From positions 1 through 63,315 of the forward strand of contig CAZOTE010000002.1 in the NCBI GenBank assembly GCA_964582705.1: 63,315 bases of DNA, written 5' to 3'. Below are positions 49,934 through 59,043 of the stretch, piece by piece (the first letter of the stretch is position 1; the number at the start of each line of letters is the position of its first letter). The position numbers were made by a program, and so were the translations under genes. Source of the DNA: an uncultured Eubacteriaceae bacterium (GTDB lineage Bacteria; Bacillota; Clostridia; Eubacteriales; Alkalibacteraceae). A model generated the notes under the pieces. The model saw only the letters and a list, made by a program, of their open reading frames with translations, did not search any database and was not told the DNA's origin.

Positions 49934-51836
49934 TTTTAGCCTCCCTTGCTGTTAGTTTGATTATTTCCTCACCTGCCTTTATCATGCCACCTTCTTTAAT
50001 GAGTGTAATATCAAAATCTTTGCTGTTGGTTATTACTACAGGAGTGATGGAAGATGGTGCATTTTTATTTACAGCCTCCAAATCCACTTCGAGGATTGGA
50101 TCTCCTTTTTTAACTACATCTCCTTTTTTGACCAGTAGCTTGAACCCTTCGCCGTTTAATTTTACAGTGTCTATTCCAAAATGCACCAGTATCTCGCCAC
50201 CGTTTTCACTTCCTACAGCAAGTGCGTGACCTGTTTCAAATGCCATTAAGATCTTACCGTCTACCGGAGAGAAAACCTTTCCGTTTGATGGTTCTATAGC
50301 AAAGCCGTCTCCTAGGATCTTGTCGGCAAAAGTTTTGTCCGGAACTTCTTCAATCTTAACTAGTCTGCCGTCAACAGGTGCGCTGATAACAACTTCTGAT
50401 TCGGTTAAGACGATCTCTTCCTTTTCATCTGAATCAACAAAGTCCTCAATCTCATCCTGCCCCTCTTCCGGCTCATCTTCAAATCCAAGCACGTTTACAA
50501 ACGCAAAGGCTCCACCAAATGCCAACAGGATTCCGATTATGTAGTGAATCATAGACTGCTGCTGCACTATTGCAATTCCTGGTATTCCCGTAACCCCCAC
50601 AGCAGTCATGGCAACGTTCATAAATACTACGTATGCCCCGCCCAATGCTCCGCCAAGAGCTGCCGCTATAAATGGCTTTCTGAGTCTAAGGTTCACACCA
50701 AAAATCGCAGCCTCTGTAATCCCCAGAAGGCAGCTTGTCGCCGCCGGCAAAGCGACCTGCTTAATCTTTTGATTCTTTGTTTTAAAGTAAACTGCTGTAG
50801 CTGCTCCACCCTGAGCCACATTTGCCATTGCCCAAATCGGAAGGAGGAAGTTCACTCCGATTGATGGATTTGCCAATAGCCCTGCCTCTATAGCATGAAA
50901 GCTGTGATGAATCCCAGTAATTACAATTGTTGAATATAATCCTCCGAATACGAGCCCTGCTAAAAATCCTGCTGTCGAATAGACACCTTGTAATCCGTAG
51001 GAAATGATATCTCCTAAGAATCTGCCTGCAGGCCCTATTACTATCAATGACAAGAACGCAGTAGTCATAAGCGTTAAAAATGGAGTCAGTATTATATCTA
51101 AAATATTGGGTACTATTTTTCTAAAGAACTTCTCGATGTAGCTCATTATCCATACAGCTATCATTACAGGCAAAACTGTTCCCTGATACCCTACCATGCC
51201 AACTTCAAAACCGAAAAGGCTTATGGTGTTTTCCACGCCTCCACCCAGGGTCCATGCATTCTGGAGAGCAGGGTGTATCATAATGCCGCCCAAGGCTGCC
51301 GCTAAAAAAGGGTTCGCTCCAAATTCCCTGGCTGCACTGAAGGCTATGAGAACAGGCAAGAAAACAAATGCCGCATTTGAAAACATGTCCAGTAGAATAA
51401 ATAATCCGCTATCTCCTTCTAGCCACCCAAATGTGGCGCTCATGCCCAGCAAACCCATTAAAAGTCCGCTGGCCACTATCGCAGGTATAATCGGCACGAA
51501 TATGTTGGATAGTATCCTTGCAAATCTTTGCAAGGGGTTTAGGTTCTTCATTGCCGCCTTTTTCACATCGGAAGTGCTCGATTCCTTGATACCGGCTATC
51601 TCGCTTAATTCCTTGTATACCTTATTTACCTTTCCTTGTCCCAGGATAATCTGAAACTGACCCGCATTGCTAAATGATCCCTCTACCAAATCAAGCTTTT
51701 CAATTGCCTTGGCATCTGCCTTTCCTTCGTCTTTTAAAACCATCCTTAGCCTTGTTGCGCAATGTGTGACACTTTCAATATTGTCTTTTCCACCTATGTT
51801 TTTTAATATTTCTTCAGCTGCTTTCCTATAGTCCAT
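49926..51836 (-). CDS. scrA: PTS sucrose-specific EIIBCA
   Basis: HCATRLR, GYQGTVLP, VITGIHHSF, LGITEAAIFG, C-terminal IIA (HFGIDTV). Confidence 0.9.
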   Translation of the reverse strand: MDYRKAAEEILKNIGGKDNIESVTHCATRLRMVLKDEGKADAKAIEKLDLVEGSFSNAGQFQIILGQGKVNKVYKELSEIAGIKESSTSDVKKAAMKNLNPLQRFARILSNIFVPIIPAIVASGLLMGLLGMSATFGWLEGDSGLFILLDMFSNAAFVFLPVLIAFSAAREFGANPFLAAALGGIMIHPALQNAWTLGGGVENTISLFGFEVGMVGYQGTVLPVMIAVWIMSYIEKFFRKIVPNILDIILTPFLTLMTTAFLSLIVIGPAGRFLGDIISYGLQGVYSTAGFLAGLVFGGLYSTIVITGIHHSFHAIEAGLLANPSIGVNFLLPIWAMANVAQGGAATAVYFKTKNQKIKQVALPAATSCLLGITEAAIFGVNLRLRKPFIAAALGGALGGAYVVFMNVAMTAVGVTGIPGIAIVQQQSMIHYIIGILLAFGGAFAFVNVLGFEDEPEEGQDEIEDFVDSDEKEEIVLTESEVVISAPVDGRLVKIEEVPDKTFADKILGDGFAIEPSNGKVFSPVDGKILMAFETGHALAVGSENGGEILVHFGIDTVKLNGEGFKLLVKKGDVVKKGDPILEVDLEAVNKNAPSSITPVVITNSKDFDITLIKEGGMIKAGEEIIKLTAREAKNA

Positions 51837-51861
51837 TTTTAAAACCCCTTTCGTTTTTTAA

Positions 51862-51960
51862 ATAAAAAAACCCGGATTCGAAAACATCTAAACATAGTCT
51901 TGTTATTTAGCTTCCCATTTTTTAATGATGCTAAACAACTTTAGATATCTTCTAACCGAG
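51862..51960 (-). terminator. RAT-overlapping terminator in scrA leader
   Basis: Minus strand ACTCGGTT... pairs with ...AATCCGGGT followed by a U-tract; long imperfect stem. Confidence 0.6.
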
Positions 51961-51987
51961 TTTTGCCTGCTTAACCAGTAACAATCT
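51959..51987 (-). promoter_or_regulatory. RAT (ribonucleic antiterminator) upstream of scrA
   Basis: Minus strand AGATTGTTACTGGTTAAGCAGGCAAAACT matches BglG/LicT RAT consensus. Confidence 0.88.
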
Positions 51988-51989
51988 CA

Positions 51990-52841
51990 TTATTTGGTTT
52001 TATTTTCATCTATCAACCTCTGCAAGTGTATGCACAGGTAGACAATTTCGTCTCTTCCTACCGTATAATCGTGATTCTTTTGGATGTAGTCCTTAATCCT
52101 TTCTGCTGCGTGAAATGCCTGTTGATAATTGTCTCTCATGTGCCCGTAGAACGGTGTCTCCATATTAGTGCTATTCTTTTTGCCTACGATGCGCTGAGCA
52201 AAGAACCTGATATGAGTGACGAGCCTCTCATAAGATAGACTTGAATCATCGTAGTCTATTCTTAAGATGTATTTTATAAGATTCAATATGTCTTGAACCA
52301 TCTCTGTAATATCCACGGTGTTAGGCATTTCCTCTCCCATGGTGGCATTGATCAAGTGAAGAGCGATAAATCCAGCCTCGTCCTCAGGCATTTCCATGCC
52401 AAGTTTCTTTCCTATAAGCTCCAATCCCCACAAACCGGTTTTAAACTCCTTTTTGTAAAGCTTTTTTATTTCCCATAGAAGATGATTTTTTATGACCAGG
52501 CCATTTTTGTGCCTGTGCACCGCAAAAGATATATGGTCGGCCAGGGCGATGTGAATGTTATTTTCAAGCTTTTTTTCCAGTATTTTTTCTCCGTAGATTA
52601 TTATTTCTTCAGAGATGTCCAAAAGGGCAGGAGATATTTCCTTGATCATCTGTTCATAAATATCTGCTTCTCTTTCGTCCTTCAATGTGAAGACTTTTTC
52701 GATTTTATCCTTTTCTATGATATCTCCACCAGCCTTTTGAAAAGCTATGCCTTTTCCCATGACAACGATTTCTTCACCTGTATCTTCTTGATGGGAAATT
52801 ACCACGTTGTTGTTAAGTATCTTTCTAATCCGCATCCTCAT
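51990..52841 (-). CDS. BglG/LicT/SacT family antiterminator
   Basis: CAT domain KILNNNVV..VMGKGIAF, PRD motifs ADHISFA, EAGFIALH, THIRFF, YLCIH. Confidence 0.95.
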   Translation of the reverse strand: MRMRIRKILNNNVVISHQEDTGEEIVVMGKGIAFQKAGGDIIEKDKIEKVFTLKDEREADIYEQMIKEISPALLDISEEIIIYGEKILEKKLENNIHIALADHISFAVHRHKNGLVIKNHLLWEIKKLYKKEFKTGLWGLELIGKKLGMEMPEDEAGFIALHLINATMGEEMPNTVDITEMVQDILNLIKYILRIDYDDSSLSYERLVTHIRFFAQRIVGKKNSTNMETPFYGHMRDNYQQAFHAAERIKDYIQKNHDYTVGRDEIVYLCIHLQRLIDENKTK

Positions 52842-52887
52842 CTCCCCGTCTCCGATTATAAATTATCAAGCACGGTATCCTATGCAA

Positions 52888-52954
52888 CAAAAAAACCCGA
52901 ACCAAAACCCCCAGGGGCTGACTCAGGTTTTGCCTGCTTTACCAGTAACAATCC
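52888..52954 (-). promoter_or_regulatory. RAT plus overlapping terminator upstream of the antiterminator gene
   Basis: Minus strand GGATTGTTACTGGTAAAGCAGGCAAAACC (52954-52926) then CCTGAGTCAG..CCCC/GGGG..TTGGTTCGGG-TTTTTTT. Confidence 0.88.
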
Positions 52955-52990
52955 AGATATAAAACTTCACATTCGTTTATTTCTGATTTA

Positions 52991-53019
52991 ATCTTACAAA
53001 ATTTCTGACTATATGTCAA
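52991..53019 (-). promoter_or_regulatory. Sigma-A promoter of sucrose operon
   Basis: Minus strand TTGACA-N17-TAAGAT. Confidence 0.7.
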
Positions 53020-53033
53020 TAAAGTTTAGGAAT

Positions 53034-53886
53034 TTATTTTCTTTTATCAATTACTTCTAATGAAGACATGGCACCCATTTTTGTGCATACCATTGCTGCC
53101 ACCTTGTTTGCTCTAGCTGTTATCCCCTCTAGCACCGCAAAATCATTTAGGGCTACTCTGCTGTTTTCTTCAATCATCAAACCGCTTAAAAAAGCTCCTA
53201 CGAATGCGTCGCCCGCTCCCGTAGTATCAACAGGATTAATTTTTATGCTGGGAATCAACACCCGTTTGTCTGAACTTGCCAACAACGTACCTCTGCTCCC
53301 AAGGGTGACAGCCGCGATCCCTTTAAAGCTTTCAAACAGCGTATCCAATGCATCTTCCGAATTTTCCTTTTCAAATATCATCAACAGCTCCTCGTCAGAA
53401 AGCTTAACAAAATCAGATTTATTGATATATTCAATCGACAATAGTACAAACTCTTCTTTTCTTTCTTTCCAAAGGTCTTCCCTGTAATTTGGATCAAAGG
53501 ATATTATTCCACCATTTATTTTAGCCAGATTTATAGCCTCTTCATATGAATTTTTCATCTTGCCACCTAATAGTGCTGTAGCAGATCCCAAGTGTAATAT
53601 TTCACATTTTTCGTATCTTTCTTGAAAACCGGTTAATTCATATTCTGCATCTGCTCCCCTGTCAAATACAAAGTCCCTTTCTCCATCATCCATTATAGAT
53701 ACAAATGCCTTGGTAGTCTTTCCTTTTCTTTGAATCATCGAAGTATCCACTCCAAAATGCTCTATGGACGCAATCAGAAAATCGCCGAATGGATCCTCTC
53801 CAACACAACCTGCAAAGCTGGCATTCACTCCTATTTTTGCTGCAGCTGCCGCTTAACTGTAAAAATCAACTCTTCATATTTTCCAT
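53034..53886 (-). pseudogene. scrK: Fructokinase (PfkB family), N-terminally disrupted
   Basis: FDPNYR, VKLSDEE, DTTGAGDAF intact, but homology starts at AAAAAKIGVNASFAG after an in-frame TAA; the RBS-linked ATG at 53886 reads MENMKS then stop. Confidence 0.7.
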
Positions 53887-54089
53887 TTTCAGCTCCTGAT
53901 TTATAGTTACGCAATATATTAAAGTTATACCCGCTAAATAAGAGCACCAATGCTACGTTATATTATCGTTAAAAAAATGTTATGTGCCTTCATTGACCGT
54001 TAAGGAATATTACGTATTGCGGTTGAGCTTCAAGCGTGATAATATCATAATGTATGCAATAAGATATTGTTAATGGAAGGATAGTTGCA

Positions 54090-56009
54090 ATGAATAAAAC
54101 TGAACTTTTAGGCCGCTGGACAAAAGAAAAATCAGAAGAGCTTTACGGCATCAAAAACTGGGGAGCAGGATACTTTTCAATATCTGACAAGGGCGAAGTC
54201 ATGGTTAACCCTTATATGAAAAACAAGGAATCAGACACCAGCTTAATGGATATAATTTCAGGCATTAGAGAAAGAGGGCTGGATATGCCCGTTTTGTTGA
54301 GATTTGAAAACCTTTTGGACGCACAGATCTCGTATCTGAACGAATCATTTAACAATGCTATCAAAACCCTTAATTACCAAGGTTTTTACAGAGGCGTTTA
54401 TCCGATTAAAGTAAACCAACAGCAGCAAGTAATAGAAGAAGTTACAAAATTCGGCCAAAGGTATCACCATGGTTTGGAAGTAGGCAGCAAGCCAGAACTT
54501 ATTGCGGCTCTTTCTCTTTTAAAAGACAAGGAAGCCTGCCTTATATGCAACGGATACAAAGACGAAGAGTTCATCGATCTCTGTCTATATGCAGTAAAGA
54601 TGGGCTTTAATTGCTTTTTCGTTATCGAGATACCCGGCGAACTCGACTTGCTCCTTGCAAGGTCCGAAGCGCTTGGAATAAAGCCGAATATCGGAATAAG
54701 AATCAAGCTTTCAGCCAAAGCAGGAGGCCATTGGACGGACTCCGGTGGCGATAGAAGCATTTTTGGGCTAAACGTATCTCAAGTCATAACCATGGTAGAC
54801 AAACTCAAAGAATGCAACATGCTGGATTCTTTAAAGCTGATGCACTACCACCTGGGTTCACAGATTCCCAACATAAGAGATATTCGTTCTGCTGTCTTGG
54901 AAGCGACCAGGGTGTATGCGGAGCTGGTCAAAGAAGGAGCTCCCATGGGTTACCTTGATCTTGGAGGCGGGCTTGCAGTTGATTATGATGGATCGAATAC
55001 AAACTACACAAACAGCAGAAACTACTCAGTAGAAGAATATTGCACGGACATCGTAGAAGCAGTTATGTCCATACTCGATCCTAGTGAGATACCACACCCG
55101 GTAATTGTGACTGAATCCGGCAGAACGACTGTAGCCTACTACTCGGTACTTTTATTCAATGTACTTGATGTAGAAAAACTCGAGGAATACGAAATTCCTG
55201 AATCTCTGAAAGACGAGTCCCCTGAGCAGATAAAAAATCTATTTGAAGTATATAAGAGCCTGACTCTTAAAAATATCCAAGAGTGCTACAACGACGCTCT
55301 ATACTACAGGGATCAAATCAGAGAGATGTTCAAGCATGGAAGCATCACCCTTAGAGAGAGGTCTTTTTCTGAAAAGATATTTTGGAGCCTTATCAGCAAA
55401 ATATCCAAGGAAAAGCAAAAGCTTAAAAATCCCCCGCCTGATCTGGAAGATCTGGAAAGCGCCATTGCAGATATCTACTACTGCAACTTCTCGGTATTTC
55501 AGTCTATACCCGACAGTTGGGCTATTGATCAGCTCTTTCCCATTATGCCTCTACACAGGTTGACGGAACTTCCAAAAAGAAATGCTATAATAGCGGATAT
55601 TACCTGTGACTGTGACGGTAAGATTGACAGGTTCATCGACCTTCACGATGTAAGAAACACTTTGCCGCTGCATGATGTAAAAAACGGCGATGATTATTAT
55701 TTAGGCGTTTTTCTTGTAGGGGCATACCAGGAAACCTTGGGTGATCTCCACAATCTCTTTGGTGATACAAATGTGGTCAGCGTAAGAATCTATCCTGACG
55801 GTGACTATGATTTTGTCAAGGAAATTCATGGTGACAGTGTCGCAGATGTGCTCTCATATGTTGAGTTTGATCCTAAAGATATGATAGAAAGGTTCCGGGA
55901 AACTGCAGAAGCAGCTATACGTGAAGGCCTTATAGACCCAACCGACCGGCGTGAGATCATGAAAGCTTATGATACAGGTTTGAGAGGATATACATACTAC
56001 GAGAGATAA
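54090..56009 (+). CDS. speA: Biosynthetic arginine decarboxylase (alanine-racemase fold, long form)
   Basis: YPIKVNQQ, GLEVGSKPEL, HYHLGSQI, DLGGGLAVDYDG, DITCDCDG, GAYQETLGDLHNLFG. Confidence 0.96.
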   Translation: MNKTELLGRWTKEKSEELYGIKNWGAGYFSISDKGEVMVNPYMKNKESDTSLMDIISGIRERGLDMPVLLRFENLLDAQISYLNESFNNAIKTLNYQGFYRGVYPIKVNQQQQVIEEVTKFGQRYHHGLEVGSKPELIAALSLLKDKEACLICNGYKDEEFIDLCLYAVKMGFNCFFVIEIPGELDLLLARSEALGIKPNIGIRIKLSAKAGGHWTDSGGDRSIFGLNVSQVITMVDKLKECNMLDSLKLMHYHLGSQIPNIRDIRSAVLEATRVYAELVKEGAPMGYLDLGGGLAVDYDGSNTNYTNSRNYSVEEYCTDIVEAVMSILDPSEIPHPVIVTESGRTTVAYYSVLLFNVLDVEKLEEYEIPESLKDESPEQIKNLFEVYKSLTLKNIQECYNDALYYRDQIREMFKHGSITLRERSFSEKIFWSLISKISKEKQKLKNPPPDLEDLESAIADIYYCNFSVFQSIPDSWAIDQLFPIMPLHRLTELPKRNAIIADITCDCDGKIDRFIDLHDVRNTLPLHDVKNGDDYYLGVFLVGAYQETLGDLHNLFGDTNVVSVRIYPDGDYDFVKEIHGDSVADVLSYVEFDPKDMIERFRETAEAAIREGLIDPTDRREIMKAYDTGLRGYTYYER

Positions 56010-56016
56010 CAAACTC

Positions 56017-56054
56017 AATTGCGATTAAATAAACTTTAATCGCAATTATTTTTG
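56017..56054 (+). terminator. Terminator after speA
   Basis: AATTGCGATTAAA...TTTAATCGCAATT-ATTTTT. Confidence 0.7.
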
Positions 56055-56079
56055 TTTATAATTATTTTTTTGTGGTATA
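56053..56079 (+). promoter_or_regulatory. Candidate sigma-B promoter (rubrerythrin)
   Basis: TGTTT-N15-TGGTATA. Confidence 0.5.
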
Positions 56080-56159
56080 TTATGTTATATAAATTCGTTG
56101 TAAATTTAAATTTTTATTTACGATGGATTAATTTTTTTCAAAAATGAATGGAGGCAATT

Positions 56160-56654
56160 ATGGAAAATCAAAAGACACTACAAAATTTAATGGAAGCATT
56201 CGCTGGTGAATCTCAAGCGAACAGAAAATACCTGGCTTATGCGCAAAAAGCTGAAGCTGACGGAAAGAAGAATGCTGCTAAATTATTTAAGGCGGCTTCT
56301 GATGCCGAAACCTTGCACGCTCTTAAGCATTTTGAAGTAGCAGGAAAAATCAAAACTACAGAAGAAAATCTTAATGACGCTGTTGAAGGAGAAAACCACG
56401 AATACCAAAGCATGTATCCTGAGTTTTTAGAAGCAGCCAAGGCAGAAGGCAACAAAGAAGCAATAAGAACATTTACTTTCGCCTTGAAAGCAGAAGAAGT
56501 TCACGCCAATCTGTACAAGGAAGCATTGGAAAACCTGGATATCGAAGAAGAAGTATACTATTACTTATGTCCTGTCTGTGGAAACATAGAAAAATCAATA
56601 CCTGATAAATGCTTCATCTGTGGAGTGCCGGGAGACAAGTTCATTAAATACTAA
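56160..56654 (+). CDS. rbr: Rubrerythrin family protein
   Basis: AFAGESQANRKY, ETLH, GENHE, EEVH diiron ligands; CPVC..CFIC rubredoxin-like site. Confidence 0.92.
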   Translation: MENQKTLQNLMEAFAGESQANRKYLAYAQKAEADGKKNAAKLFKAASDAETLHALKHFEVAGKIKTTEENLNDAVEGENHEYQSMYPEFLEAAKAEGNKEAIRTFTFALKAEEVHANLYKEALENLDIEEEVYYYLCPVCGNIEKSIPDKCFICGVPGDKFIKY

Positions 56655-56660
56655 AGAAAT

Positions 56661-56700
56661 AAAGGGTAGAGAAATCTTAAAAAGATTTTTCTACCCTTTT
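56661..56700. terminator. Bidirectional hairpin between rbr and sfsA
   Basis: AAAGGGTAGAGAAATCTT...AAGATTTTTCTACCCTTTT. Confidence 0.7.
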
Positions 56701-57378
56701 GTCTATTCTAATATAGTCCCCGCCGACAAATGAATCATAACAAAGTATTTTAACTCCCTCATCTCTTGCTTTTATAAGGGTATTGGAAAATTCCAGGTCC
56801 CTTTCATAGTTTGGCGAAAATATATGAGGATGATTCATCTGCACCAAAAAAAACACGTAATTTTCATACCCTTCATTCTGGAGCCTTATTAGTTCCTTAA
56901 GATGCTTTGATCCTCTAAGTGTGGGAGCATCTGGAAACCTGGCATGGCCAACCTCTTCCAACGTCACCCCCTTAACTTCGATAAAGCCCTTTGTTCCATC
57001 CTTTTCATAATAAAAATCAAACCTTGATTTTCCACAGGACGCTTCTCTTTTCAATTTATGGGTTTTTCCTATCTCGATGATTTTCCCTTGAAGAATTGCC
57101 TCTTCAACCACATTATTTGGAATTTGTGAATCTATATTTATGATTATCTTTTTTCCCTCAGATACTCTCTTTTCAACTGCAATAAGATCGTATGCAGTCT
57201 TTCTATTTGGATTAAGACTTCTTTGAAGGTATACCTTCGCACCTTCCATAAGTATTTCTCTGCATCTACCTGTATTTTTCACATGGACGACTTCTCTTTT
57301 ACCGTCGATTATCACATTTGCTATGAACCTGTTAGGTCTATCTAAAAAAACGCCTTCTTTGACCCTTTCATAAATCAT
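56677..57378 (-). CDS. sfsA: DNA/RNA nuclease SfsA
   Basis: RPNRF, HVKNTGR, SRFDF, IEVKGVTL, FPDAPTLRG.KHL. Confidence 0.95.
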   Translation of the reverse strand: MIYERVKEGVFLDRPNRFIANVIIDGKREVVHVKNTGRCREILMEGAKVYLQRSLNPNRKTAYDLIAVEKRVSEGKKIIINIDSQIPNNVVEEAILQGKIIEIGKTHKLKREASCGKSRFDFYYEKDGTKGFIEVKGVTLEEVGHARFPDAPTLRGSKHLKELIRLQNEGYENYVFFLVQMNHPHIFSPNYERDLEFSNTLIKARDEGVKILCYDSFVGGDYIRIDKRVEKSF

Positions 57379-57405
57379 TCATACATCCTGCTTTCTAAAT
57401 TATAA

Positions 57406-58833
57406 TTAATTTGTTTTTATTTTTTTTTGTATTTCATTTACCGACATCTTGTTTAGTCCGTAAGCCTTGAGGCTTAAAAATGAAGCTACAAAGCTCACAG
57501 CCGAACCGATGCCTATTACCAGACCTATTACGATAACGGTGCTCTCCATCTGAAAATCCAGGTCCGGATTAAAGCTTGCCAGGTCTAGTATCCACCCTAT
57601 CAGAAACAAAGTTATTGATTGGGACAGTTTGTAAAACATGGTCAAAAAACCATAATAGCTTCCTTCTGATCGCTTACCGGTTTTAAGCTCGTCCAAATCG
57701 ATGACATCAGCCATCATGGATAAGGGTATAGTGTACAAACCTGAAGTTCCAAAACCCGCCAAAACTGCGAATGGGATAAAATAAAGCACGCTGCCCCTGA
57801 CTTCTTCTCTGATGGCAACTAAAAATGCAAATAGAAGGCAGCTCGCGATGCTTATGAAGACCCCCATCATCACAGCTGGTTTTTTGTCGAACCTTTCGGA
57901 TATCTTATACCATACGGGCTGGGAAACAATAGATACCGCAAATTGTACACCGACCACTATTGCTATCTGCTGACTCGTTAAAAAAAATGTATAAGTAAAT
58001 ACATGTAGACCCATGTTCGCTATTAGTGCTGAAGCGATATTGTTGAACATGTATGAAAAGGACAATGCCCTGAAATTAAGATTCCCAAATATCCGCCTAA
58101 ATTCCCCAAAAAGCTCTCTTATCGTTAATCTTGGGTTATCTTTTTGGATGTTCTCCCTAAGTGTCGGAATGTACTTTCTTGTTGTAAAGTGACAATACAT
58201 GGCGAATGTTATAATTATCAAAGAGGAAAAAACTCCCATGGTCCTATATGACAAAGGGTTCAACTGTCCCGAAGGAAACTGCAGGGAAGGCCTGAAAAAC
58301 ACGTACATTCCAAAAACTGAAACAAAGGCCAGCCCCAAAAGAAAAAACACAGTCTTAACGCTCTGGATTTCTGTCCTTTCGTCGTAATCCTTTGATAGCT
58401 CTGCACCTAGGGCCGTATAGGGGGTAACATATATAGTGCTAAAGGTTTTAATAATAAGAATGAGCATCACAATAGCTGAAAACTTAAAAGCCAAGGACAA
58501 ATCGGGATCAATGTTCCACAACAAAAAGTTGGCCACCGCCATTCCGATGCTTCCAAAAATTATGTATTGATGCCTTCTGCCAAATCTCTCGGATTTTGTT
58601 ATATCTGAAAAATATCCCATGAACGGGTCTGTCAAAGCATCCCAAATAATGCTCAAGCTCAATGCCGTACCAATCAAGCTACCGGGGATTCCTAAAATTG
58701 CGGTGCAATAAAAAACCAGATATGTCCCTACAACCTGGTTGATGACTCCCGTGCTAAAATTTCCAGAGCCGTATCCTATTTTGTCTTTCATCGGTATCAG
58801 CTTATTATCAGTTATTGAATTTTTATATCTCAA
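57406..58833 (-). CDS. MFS transporter, GPH (MelB-like) family
   Basis: WDALTDPFMGYFSD..FGRR, PYTALGAELSKDYDER, MMADVID..G.RSEG. Confidence 0.88.
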   Translation of the reverse strand: MRYKNSITDNKLIPMKDKIGYGSGNFSTGVINQVVGTYLVFYCTAILGIPGSLIGTALSLSIIWDALTDPFMGYFSDITKSERFGRRHQYIIFGSIGMAVANFLLWNIDPDLSLAFKFSAIVMLILIIKTFSTIYVTPYTALGAELSKDYDERTEIQSVKTVFFLLGLAFVSVFGMYVFFRPSLQFPSGQLNPLSYRTMGVFSSLIIITFAMYCHFTTRKYIPTLRENIQKDNPRLTIRELFGEFRRIFGNLNFRALSFSYMFNNIASALIANMGLHVFTYTFFLTSQQIAIVVGVQFAVSIVSQPVWYKISERFDKKPAVMMGVFISIASCLLFAFLVAIREEVRGSVLYFIPFAVLAGFGTSGLYTIPLSMMADVIDLDELKTGKRSEGSYYGFLTMFYKLSQSITLFLIGWILDLASFNPDLDFQMESTVIVIGLVIGIGSAVSFVASFLSLKAYGLNKMSVNEIQKKIKTN

Positions 58834-58921
58834 ACCTGTTCTCCTTAAGGTTATTGCATCCCATTAGATGATTTTAGCATATTTCAGTCCTTTTATCACC
58901 AGATTTTTGAAGCATAAGACA

Positions 58922-58950
58922 TTGATATAATCTTTTTTATCGGATATAAT
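58922..58950 (+). promoter_or_regulatory. Sigma-A promoter of citrate synthase
   Basis: TTGATA-N17-TATAAT. Confidence 0.65.
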
Positions 58951-59043
58951 AATTATGTCGGAACATTAGATATTACAAGCCTCGATTTACTCGAGGCTTG
59001 TCTTCTAGAATACACAAATCTAACTAACTGGAGGTAATGGTTT

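Noticed and set aside
56056-56070. PerR box upstream of rubrerythrin
   Set aside because: Only the left half (TTATAATTATT) matches in very AT-rich DNA; not distinguishable from chance
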